In this document: positions 47,517 to 58,095 of the stretch, in pieces
Layout: the number at the start of each line of letters is the position of its first letter
How positions within the stretch are numbered: the first letter of the stretch is position 1
Source: Psammoneis japonica
Lineage: Eukaryota
Assembly (NCBI GenBank): GCA_008632985.1
Contig: QPGO01000056.1
Span: 62,001 to 126,000, forward strand
Direction: 5' to 3'
Length of the DNA stretch: 64,000 bases
Program-made: the position numbers and the translations under genes
Notes under the pieces: generated by a model
Told to the model about the DNA's origin: nothing
Database searches by the model: none
What the model saw: only the letters and a program-made list of their open reading frames with translations

Positions 47517-49939
47517 ACTCAAATTGCAGCAAATGACAAAGACCAGAATGTTCAGAAATAAAATAAAAACTGGGGTGCAACTTTTGATGCAACAGTCAGT
47601 GAAAAACAATTGGTTGTTCAAACATTGCTTTTGAAGCAAGAACGAGGAGATTAAAAAGGTGGGAGGAAATCACCAGAGCAATTCTGGTTTACATGCAGAA
47701 ACAGATTCTAAGAAAAAGCAAAAAAACCAACATGCAAAACAAGAGGCAAGTTAGATTGTGGGCAACCATGGTCATTGTTCAAAGTGAGGTGCAAGGTGGA
47801 ATCTAGAAATTGCAAACCCAATCATTTCTGAGCTCACATTTGAACAAATGCTTGACTTGAGAAGGAACAAAAATCTTGGTTTGAAGTCAAGCCATTGGCT
47901 GCCGGATTGTGACAGGTGGCCAAGCCCGGATCATTGGCATCCCAGATGCTCCCCAGAGCTCCTGTTCATCTGCAAACATTTGCACTGGAGCTGCCAGCAT
48001 GATGAAATTCTGATGCAGAGCATCAAAGGGTTGCAAACCAAGCAAAAAGTTTTGGGCTAAAGTGCAGAGCAATGGGGTGTGGAGCCCCTCACTCATTTGT
48101 GACAAGCCCATCAGGCGCTGCAACTTCCACTTGGCACCTGGGAGCTCAGGACACAAGGAGCTTGTTGAGAAGACAGCAATGGAGATGGCCTTCATGGGAA
48201 GAGTTTATGGGAAGAAAGATCTGCTTTCAAGCAAAATTCAACACGCAGGGTGAATGTGTCGTCTTCCCTTCCACTTCAACCATGTTGAAATGGCAGTCCT
48301 CTGAGCCTCATTTGTCTGCAATCCAGGGCAGCCGAGGTGTGGAACACTGTCAACATTTGCATGATTGCACAAAGTGTTCTCTCTGTTGAACATTCTGTTG
48401 TTTAAATCCACAAGTGACTTTCTAGGTTCTGCAGAAAGAGCTGCTGTGGGGCACAACAAATTCAACAAGGAGCTCTCTGGACCTTCAATGAGGAGGCAGG
48501 TGAAAGCAAAGTCTTCTTTGATGGTGCAAAATTTCATTTTTTTTTTTGGAGGAACAAAAGTCAGCGCCCAATTGTGGCATTGTCACCTTTCTTTTTCCCT
48601 TTCAGCATTTTGGCAGCTTGGTTGCATGCACTTTTCATGTGTGGCTCTGTCACAATGAGGTTGCATCAACCATTGAGATGCATGATGCACACTCAACTCA
48701 ACACAAAAGCAACAGGTTGTTCAGCACAATGACAGAGAGTTGTTCAACATGTCACAAGAGGGCAACAAGGTCTCAAACCTTGGTCCATGACAAACTGTTG
48801 CATTCCTGTGACCGATCTCAGCACTGACTCTCCCACCCACTCAGCCACTTACAGTCAGTTGTTCACAAATGAAAGTTTGATGTCACTTGACTGGGTGGTC
48901 AGTGAAAAGCATCAAGAGGAACAGATGAAACAACAATGCAAGAGAAGACACAAAGCTGCAGATGTGTGAGCAAGACTTGGTGGTGCACTTTTCACCATTG
49001 CCATTGCTTCCATCATTGCAGTGCAGGAAGGGCCAATTGGAAGCAACAATCAGCAGTGTCATCGAAAATGTGGACAATTCTTTTCTTTCCCTCAGCGTCA
49101 CTCTGCAGCGTGCTCTTGCCAACCATGCCATGCTCCATTGCTGGTGACAGAATGCCAACAGTTTTCAAACACAGACTCGTGCATTCTGTTTGTCACTGTG
49201 GAATGAAAAAGAGAATGACTGTTGCATGAAACAGGCTTTTCACATTCCTTGAGCACACTGCTCAAAACAGAATGTGAGGTGCATTCCATGAAAAGAGGCC
49301 TCCACAAAACATGCAAAAACGGTCTTGTTTCTTGTGGAATGGCTCAGAGGAATGTGAGAAAAAAGGCTTGTTCCACACATTTCTGTGAAGTCTTGTTTGC
49401 ACAGAAAATGCAAACCCCCCAAGATGGCACCCATGTTGGGGGACCCCTTTGTCCATCTTGGGGGACTCTTGTTTCTGTTTCACCACGGCCCCCCTGCTGT
49501 CGCATGTTGAGGGGTTGTGCCGCAACTCAAGGTTCCCACTTCAAACCCTCGGTGCAGGCTTCCCGCACATGCTCGGCATGTGTCAAGGTTGGCATGTGGA
49601 GCCATCAAACCGAGGGTCTTCATGCCTTCACCCGACATTGCGCAATGGCTTTCGCTCATCGTCGAAGAAAAACAAACAAATTTTTGGGCTGTGATCTTCG
49701 TTTTTCTGGATGTCGAAAATGGCAAATACGATCGTACGATGATGTTGACATCTCATGTGTCAATGTCAATCGCATCCGGACAATCTGTTGTCACGATCTT
49801 ATTCTCCGAAAGGCCTCTTGTCTGTGGGAACAGTGCAAATGCTTTAGGCCATTGAGAACTCATTCGGAGAAACCCAAAATGATTGGATGGAAACAATTCT
49901 CATAATTTTCACTTTTCATGCTTGGCTCTACTTTCGTTT

Positions 49940-52900
49940 GTGCTCGTTCTTCAAGCACAGTGCATTGTGCACACACACCACAGAAGGTGACAAGTCGAAG
50001 ATGAAGCTTTCACCTCATGCAACTAATGCCAAGACTTCGTTGAGGCAAGAGAAAATCGTTCCTCAGCCGTTGGAATCGAATTCCGAGCCGAAGATGCTCA
50101 AACCGAGTCAGCACCTCAAGATGGAGCAGTGTTTTCATCCCGAGAAGAAGGACAGTCGCACCCACACTGTCAATGTCGAGCACTGCAAGAAGCAGGGCGT
50201 TCCCAAGCACATCGAATTTCTCAAGAGCTGCGGTCAACTTCTGGTGGGCCAGAACATCAAGAAGCAAGTGGACAAGTTCCGTCTCATGCATGTGCTGTTG
50301 CAAGGAGATGCTCTGCATGCTTTTGAGAATGGAGCAACGAATGTTGAAGACGAATCTGAAGAAGGAAGCTTCGAGAAATGCCTGCAGCACCTTGCGCGAC
50401 ATGTGTTTCCCAAGAACGCACTCCAGATTCAGAAACGGCATTTGCATCGCGATCTCAAGAAGCCAGAGTCCATGAAAGTGCGCGAAATCGCTGCTTGGGT
50501 CCAGGAAGTCAATGAAGACCTCAAGTTCCATCCTCCCTTTGGAGAGGATCAGAAGATTGAGGAGGACGAGCTCAAGGACATCCTCTTTAATCTTGCACCT
50601 CGAAAGTGGCAGCATCAGTCGACCGTCCAAGGTTTCGAAATTTTGAAACACACCTGCGACGAGTTGGTTGAGTTTCTGGAGCGCCCAGAGGTTGCAGAGG
50701 ACGTGTTTGACAGCATTCATGTCAAGGCTGATCCCAGTGGCAGTGCTGGATTGAAAGCCAAGAATGGCTCCAAACATGGTTCCAAAAATGGTCACCAACA
50801 TGGTGCCGAAAATTCTCAGTCCAACAAGTGGTGCATTCCATGCAAAAAATCCACTCACAACATGGACAAATGCTCTGGTTGATTAAGAAACTGGCAAAAG
50901 AACGCCGTGGAAACATTGAGTGTGATCCAAAACGGCGCCGTTCAAATGGCAATCGCACGTGGTCGCGTCGCGATGACGAAAATGCCTCTCGCAAGGAAGA
51001 GTTGAATGCCGTGGCAGTCCAGGCAGTTCAAAAAACACTCAAGGCGAGTTCCTCAAACAAGGGAAAAAAGCACAAGAGCAAAGATTGCGACTCTGATGCC
51101 CTTGATGAGGAGAACTGTCAACTTGAAAAAATGACGCGCAGCAATTCTGACGAATGACTTGCACCGCAAGAGGAGTCTTGCGCATTGCTGGACATTGGGA
51201 AGCCCAGAAAAAGGGCCAAAACAATTCACGCTAGTCCAGCAGTTGTTGCTCACATGAGTGCCTCATTGGGCAAAGCAAAAAACAAGCCTCTGCACGTTCT
51301 CCTCGACAGCGGAACATCGTCAACCACAATTTTGCACAAATTCACGCGGAAACTCAGAACAAAAACATCCGCCACCAAGATCTGGGAAACCAAAGGAGGG
51401 CACTTTACGACTGACAGTCGGTGCAAAATCCAGTTCTCCTTGCCCGAATTTGACAAACACAAGATGATTGAAAGAACGGTGCATGTTGACAATGCCCCTT
51501 CTTCTTTGAGTCATTGTGATGTGATCATGGGACACAACTTGATGTCAAGTCTTGGAATGGCATTGGACTTCTCAAACAAAGAGATCAAATGGGAGGGCGC
51601 AACTGCACCCATGAAGAATGTTGACACACTCTTGATGCCAATGTTTTTAAGTTGATTGCTGATCACATTGAGGATTCTCATGCTGTGATTGGTCTTGATG
51701 ACAGGGTCAATTGGATCCTTGACTCAGATTGTCACGCTGCCAACCTTGACAATGTGACAGCAGCAGCAACTCACCTAACTCCAGAAGAGCAGAAGCAGCT
51801 AAACTTCCTCTTAAAAAGATTTGAAAACCTTTTCAATGGTTCTCCAGGCAAATGGACTGGGAAACCGGTGGATTTAAAGTTGAAGTCGGACGCGAGTCCG
51901 TGTTGTGCCAAACCATTTCCCATGCCACAAGCCTTGGAGGCAACTGCTTGAAAGGAGGTTGAAAGACTGTGCAAATTAAAAGTCTCAAGAAAAACAAATT
52001 GTTCTGAACAGGCAGCTCCAACTTTCATTCAACCAAAGAAAAATGGTCGAGTTTGGTTTTTGTCCAACTTTTGTGAGCTGAACAAGAGGTTGATGCACGT
52101 GCCGTTTCCTCCACCCAATGTTCAGGACATGCTGCAAAAACTTGAAGGTTTCATGCATGCAACATCCCTTGATTTAAACATGGGACACTGTCACATCGAA
52201 TCAATCCGCATGCACGTCGTTTGAGCACGATTGTCATGCCTGGGGGCAAATGTGAGTGCTGCAGACTCCCTGTGGGAATCTGTGGAGCTCCAGATGTTTT
52301 CCAAGAGCACGTGAGTGAGCTCATGGCAGGTCTGGAGTTCATCAGGACTTGTGTTGATGACATGCTGTGCCTGTCAAAAGGTGATTTCCAAGACCACCTC
52401 AAGAAGCTTGAGACGGTGCTTTTGCACCTTGAACAAGCCGGGTTGAAGGTCAATGCCGAAAAGTCTTTTTTCACTAAACCCGAAGCAGACCATCTGGGCT
52501 TTCATGTCACCCGCAATGGCATCAGCCCCATTCCAAAAAAGGTAGAAGCGATTCACACGATCGCAACTCCTGAAACTTGCAAAGAATTGCAACGCTTTGT
52601 CTGCATGATCAACTGCTGTCGAGACATGTGGCCTCAATGATCTCATGTTCTGGCTCCTTCAGCCAAACTTTCTTCAGACCAAGCAAAGTGGCAATGGACC
52701 AAAACAGAACAAAAAGCCTTCAAAAATGTGAAGCGCATCATCTCCAAAGACACACCACCATCACATCCGAATTTCAACACACCCTTTGAGATGTGTGCTG
52801 ATGCAAGCAATTCTCAATTGGGGGCGGTTGTCACACAGAACAACCAACCAATTGCCTTCTGCAGCCGCAAGCTGAATGGAGCACAGACACATTACACTGC

Positions 52901-54160
52901 AATGGAAAAAGAACTGTTGTCCACAGTGGAGACGTCAAAAGAGTTCCGAAATGTGCTGTTTGGCCAACAGACAAACATGCACACAGACCACAAAAATCTC
53001 ACACACAAAAATTTCACAACGGACAGAGTCATGCATTGGCATCAATGACAGAAGAACACAGTCCCGAAACAATGTGCCTCGAGGGCAAGCCCACCTTTGT
53101 CACAGATGCAATTGGTCAACTTGCCATGAAAAACACAGAACCTGTGGAAAACCTCAGCACAGAAGAGCCAGCTGAGAAGGTCCCACCAAAATCCTGCGAC
53201 AATGTCTTTCCATTAAATTGCAAAGTTCTTGACACTGAACAAAAACAGGATGAAGACATTCTCTCCAAATTGTCTGACAAGACATTTCACACGAAGACTT
53301 TTCGTGGAGGTGAGTGAGACTGGTTGCTCATGTGTCACAAGGGTGAAATCATCATTCCAAAGACATTGCAAAAGGCAGTGACAGACTGGCATCATGCGTG
53401 CCTTCTTCACCCTGGCACAAATTGAACAGAAGAAACAATCTCACAAAACACTTGTGGTGGTCTGCCTTGTGTGAAGACATGCGAAAATACATGTGGAGAT
53501 GTGAGACGTGCCAAAAATTCAAAAAGAAACACAAGAAATGCGGACATTTGTCTCCCAAGTGTGCAGAATCAGTGCCATGGGAACGACTGTGTGTGGATCT
53601 TGTTGGACCATGCAAAATGCATTGCAAGGGAAAGAAGAAACCCCCAGTCCTGAAATGTTCAACAATGGTTGATCCAGCAACCGGATGATTGAAGTTGTGG
53701 AAATTCCAAATGAGGAATCCACAACTGCAGCTGGACTGTTAGAACGGACATGAGACATCCTTGGTCATCGTCAATCACTCATGACCATGGAAGTGAGTTC
53801 ATCAGACACCAATTCAAGGACATGGTGCAAGATGATTGTGGCATTAAAGTCAAGCCTGCAACCACATGAAATCCACAAGCAAACGCAATTGTTGAACGCG
53901 TGCATCAAGTGCTGGGAAACATGATCCGTGCACTTGATTTGCAACATGCACCTCTGGACACTGAAGATCCTTTCACTGGAACATTGTCAGCAGTGGCATT
54001 TGCAGTGCATTCTGTGCATCACACCACTGCTGTGTGCAAGCCACACCTGGACAATTAGTCTTTAACAGAGACATGATGTTTGACATCCAACATGTCGCAG
54101 ACTGGAAATTCATCCAGCAGCGAAAACAAAAAATTGCAAATAAAAACAATGCTTGACCAT
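49940..54160 (+). mobile_element. Ty3/Gypsy retrotransposon internal region (gag-PR-RT-RH-IN), degenerate and 3'-truncated
   Basis: Gag ATG at 50001 with a CIPCKKSTHNMDKC knuckle; protease LLDSG (~51300); RT SLDLNMGHCH and TCVDD; RNase H CADAS...AFCSRKL...EKELL...HTDHKNL; integrase H..HPG...CETC, CVDLVGP, HDHGSEF, NPQANAIVERVH. The domain order is diagnostic of Gypsy. Confidence 0.96.
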
Positions 54161-54289
54161 CAAACAAATTGCGCGGATCAAAAGTTCAGAATCAGAGCCA
54201 AAATCGACACAGGCATGTGGTGGGCTGTCTCTGAATCTTCATGACTAAAATTGGCCCCAAAAAAAGGCGCGAAATTTTGAAATGAGAAA

Positions 54290-56660
54290 AAACTTGCTCA
54301 GTGCACGTCGCCGTCACCATCACTCTCCTCACCATCATCTTCGTTGTTTCGATCAACTGCACTGGACAGATCAACAACAACAGCATCAATGGGGATGGCA
54401 ACATCCTCATCCTTGCATGTCTCATCAACAACAAGGTTTCCAATGGTGCCAGAGATGCTGCCGCACAACTTGATGAATGTGTTGTCCATCTGTCTCACGG
54501 CTTCATGACAGAGTCCCATGCAGTTGACGGCGGATTTCTTTTCATCTTCAGGTGCATCTCCATCATGCTCATTTCCATGCCATCCAGTTCTAAGATCCTC
54601 AATTGTTTGCTTCATTGTTCTCTTGTTGCAGCAGTTGTCAGCAACGCCATTCTTTCTGCACACCCAAAAGATCTCTGTCGGCTGCAAATCAGGACAGCAC
54701 GGCGGAGTCCAAAGTGTCTTGTGCCCGCGGTCGGAAAGGCATTTTTCAACCTTGCAATCAAGCAGCTCTGGTTTGTTCTCTTTGCAGCAGGTGACAAAAG
54801 CCAACTTGAGCTCCTCAGAGGAAGCCACCCCTTGGCAAAGTGGATCCCGCTCATTGCAATTGTTCTTTGGTGCAAAACGGAACGCGAGTGATTTCACAGC
54901 GGTCTTGGACTTCGCTGTCCTCGCCAGAATCAATCAGATCAAGTCTTGAGTTGCTGAGAGGCAAGTCAACATGCTCCACTTCATGCTTTTGCATTGGCTC
55001 AACCATTTTCTTCTTTGACAGGTTCGCCAAGGAACCAGCTTCTCACTTGTGGTGGCATGGCGCATTGTCGGCTGCAACACACAGCTGCTGGTGAGAGTCA
55101 ATGCATCACGGCGACGTGTTGCAGCCTTTAAATGTCACAAAGGGCATGACAAAAATGACCTTTTGTCTGCATGCATGCTGCACTGTGAATTCACAGCGGA
55201 GTGGTTCATCGCAACCATCAGGCAGGAGGCCAGGGGTTCGAAACCCTGAGTGGGAGTTGTCTGCAGCAACGTTGATCACTGTCGAACGCGCAAAACTCTG
55301 TGCAGTTCTGTGTGTTCCTTCGCACGCACCCACACTCTTCCGCCAAAACCGTGCAGTGTCAGCACACGTTGGCAAAGAGCCGCATGGACGCGCGACACAT
55401 GGGGAGGAGTGCAATGTGCAGCTGCCAATGAGAGTCAATGTGTCACGGCGACGTGTTGCAGCCTTTAAATGTCACAAAGGGCATGACAAAAATAACCTTT
55501 TGTCTGCATGCACACTGCACGGCGACGAGTGCCATTTTTTTCCCTGAAAACTTGGACTCGAATGTTGGGACGAGCTTGTTTGCAACCCACCTCACAAAGT
55601 TCTCACTGCTCACATTAAGACGGCAGTCTCCTGACTTGCTGTCAGCCATCCAGAGGCATTCAGCAGTTCTGCTTCCGACTGGAGCAGTGCCCTCACCTGG
55701 ATGCGGCGTGTCACCTCTCCAGGTGAGGTCATCCACCGGCTTGCCATTCTCGTTGTAATCACACAAAGGCCCAAACTGAGTCATTGCGCACAAAATGATC
55801 AACCTTCGTCCCTTGCCAGCGCTCTTGCCAGTGTGTTGGTTGTCTTGGGAATGACACGAATTTGAAGTTCCGCGCGCAGAGCGAACATGCGACTCATCCG
55901 TGAATGCAAAGACAAGGCCTTCAGGATTGCCCTCGTCAATGGCTTTGACCACAGTGTCAAAGTCGACAAGAAAGTCTCTAACAGCTTCATTTCTGAAACT
56001 GCTTGGAGCTCTTCTCTTGGGCTTTGATTTCCTCCATAACAGGCCGAGCTGCTTCATCTTGCATTGGACTGCACGTCAATGAACATTGACACCTTGGTCC
56101 TTTCGAAGCCAACCACGAATCTTCCGGTTCGTGACATTGCGGCCTTCTTGATGTTGACCATCAACCCACTTTGCCATCTCCAGAAGTGCCTCTGGAGGAA
56201 CCTTTGACTGTTTTGAAGAGTCACAGTTCTCGGAGGCACCGCCGCGTCCTCCACCGCCAAATGCCAGAATGGATCCATCATCAAGGAAGTTTTTGCGAAT
56301 GTCTGACACATGCTCCCACCGAACCATGAAGTCTTTGGCAACTTCTTGCTCGACAGAAGTCCAGGCAAGCTTTGGCGCAGAACCACATCCTTCCTGGATG
56401 GCATCCAATCTCCATCGCAGACATGCGGCAAGTGCAAGAATCAGCACTTTGTTCTCTTCACATGATCGTGAACGTCCATTTGGGTTCCTGAGAGTCGAAA
56501 TCGTGTCGGCGAAGACATTCACCTGGTCAAACCACTTCCTGCTGGCCTCGAGGTCACGTTGCCGGCCGTTGGCACCCTTCTTGCCCCTCCTCTGCTTCTT
56601 GTCAGGCAGTGGCATGATGCCGGTGCATTGGCACACAAATGACAAAATCTGAGGCAAAAT
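54290..56660 (-). mobile_element. IS630/Tc1-mariner DDE transposase pseudogene, split by a TRIM insertion
   Basis: FTDESHV (D1), GKGRRLIIL, MALVA|DNAPCHH (D2, restored by removing 55073-55523), WTPPCCPDLQPTEIFW (E). HTH-like N-terminus in ORFs 56054-56657. Element termini not identified. Confidence 0.9.
55073..55519 (+). mobile_element. TRIM-like miniature LTR retroelement (447 bp)
   Basis: 110-bp direct repeats 55073-55182 and 55410-55519 with TG...CA ends. 4-bp TSD cggc at 55069-55072 and 55520-55523. Polypurine tract ggggaggag (55401-55409) abuts the 3' LTR. Confidence 0.92.
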
Positions 56661-57532
56661 GTGAGCACCAACATCTCAACAAGCATGTGCCAGCGAAAAA
56701 AGCCCAACTTGGCATTGTTCTTCATTGTTCGTGGAACACATTCGGCAACTCACTTGTTCGATGCAACCATTTTTGAAGGACAAGACACATTTCTCTCATC
56801 AAGAGGGTGCATTGTTCCCAGAAATTTTGGCGAGTTTGAAAACTCGTTCGGAGCTCCACGAGAATTTGAAATGAGAGATTCGGCCCTCCACAGCCCGAGT
56901 GTTGAGACATTTGTTTTTCATTGCTGAATGGCTTGATGGCGTGCTGTCGACAACCATTGTTAAAAAGAGGGATTCTCATCGTCAAGTGGTCCGTTGCGGT
57001 GGCGATAGAGCCGTTGAAAAAACGCGCGAAATGCGCGTTCTGGTTTGCACCAACCCTGCGCCCCTCTACGTGCTCAGTAAAACATGTGTACATTCTGAGA
57101 ATTCCGAATTCCTACAATGTCGTCTGTAATTGACACGAAATGTTTTTAGTCATATGATTCGACCGACGCTAATACCGACCACCGCACGTAGAAGTTGAAC
57201 CGTGGTGGTGCGCTGGTCTTCGCTGCGCGCTCGTACGTACCGTACGTGAGAGCTGAACCAAAGAGAATCACTCCCCATCGTTCGTAAAATTAGAGGTTTC
57301 GGTAATATATGATAGATGTACCGTATATATGTACCGGTAGATAGTTTAGTGTTACGTAGAAATCTACGTAATGAGTACCTAGAGTGTATTTCTACGTAGG
57401 CCTAAGTTCTCGCCTAACTACTTTTACAGTGTTATTTGTGTCTCAGACCTCCCAAGCTGGGAGTGTTTGTGTCTGAGCATCTTCATTACGAACGCTGGGG
57501 AGTGAGTGAGAACTCGCGCGCGATTGCGACTA

Positions 57533-57851
57533 CTACGAATTGCTGAACAATTGCGCGATACACGTGCCCGAAGCTCGAATATCGTTGCCCGAAGCAACAA
57601 TCACCGTTCGCGCAGATGTCCATTCTACATAGCATATGGTATTGAAAATACCATTGGAGTCGTATGAGTCGTCGCGGGAATTTCATGAAATGACCTCTGT
57701 GGTACGGTGCTACGTGATCTACACAAATCGGGCATTCTCGAATGCTGGTACATATTCTACGGTCTCTACGTGCGCGAAGCTCGAATTTCGTGCCCGAAGC
57801 AACAATCACCGTTCGGGCACGTGTATCGCGCAATTGTTCAGCAATTCGTAG
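57533..57851. mobile_element. Tc1/mariner-type MITE with perfect 40-bp TIRs and TA target duplication, upstream of the ABC transporter gene
   Basis: ta|ctacgaattgctgaacaattgcgcgatacacgtgcccgaa (57531-57572) and its exact reverse complement at 57812-57853. Internal ~40-bp direct repeat (57570-57610 versus 57776-57814). Confidence 0.85.
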
Positions 57852-58095
57852 TATCGGTAATTGCTGGATGATGATTCGCTCTGCTGTAGAAGCTACGTGC
57901 GATGCATACGGCAAATTTCGCGCGATTTTCAATTTTTGTTGTGCATGAAGATTTCCCGCCAGATGATGAGGATTCTCTATCTCTGGAGCCTGAAGCAACA
58001 CAGAAGGAGCTTGAAGCATCATCGGGTAGGTCAACCATACATAGTAATAGTACCCGCCTTGTTCATACGGTGTAGCCGAAGAAACAGCCTTCATC

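Noticed and set aside
49400..49940. 5' LTR of the Gypsy element
   Set aside because: No matching second LTR in the window. Homology between the Gypsy copies stops ~60 bp upstream of gag and unrelated repeats lie beyond it.
55187..55256. Functional tRNA gene
   Set aside because: No complete anticodon arm or convincing acceptor stem. Treated as a tRNA-like module within the TRIM.
1..57050. Alternative genetic code (Tyr reassigned) or RNA editing as the explanation for Y>H/C
   Set aside because: Neighbouring host genes use TAY normally, the same site changes to CAC in one copy and TGC in another, and non-coding repeats are affected too.
1..57050. Ordinary CpG methylation decay or classical fungal RIP as the sole cause
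   Set aside because: CpG decay does contribute (e.g. the probable CGA>TGA at 44119) and on its own makes CA/TG-discordant pairs ambiguous. It cannot alter TAY codons or deplete TpA. RIP would increase TpA.
677..57133. Hundreds of 60-470 aa His/Cys-rich ORFs in all six frames that could be read as novel metal-binding proteins
   Set aside because: They are explained by loss of TAA/TAG stops and CA/TG enrichment in degenerate TEs. They overlap on both strands and lack coherent domains, apart from the TE motifs listed.
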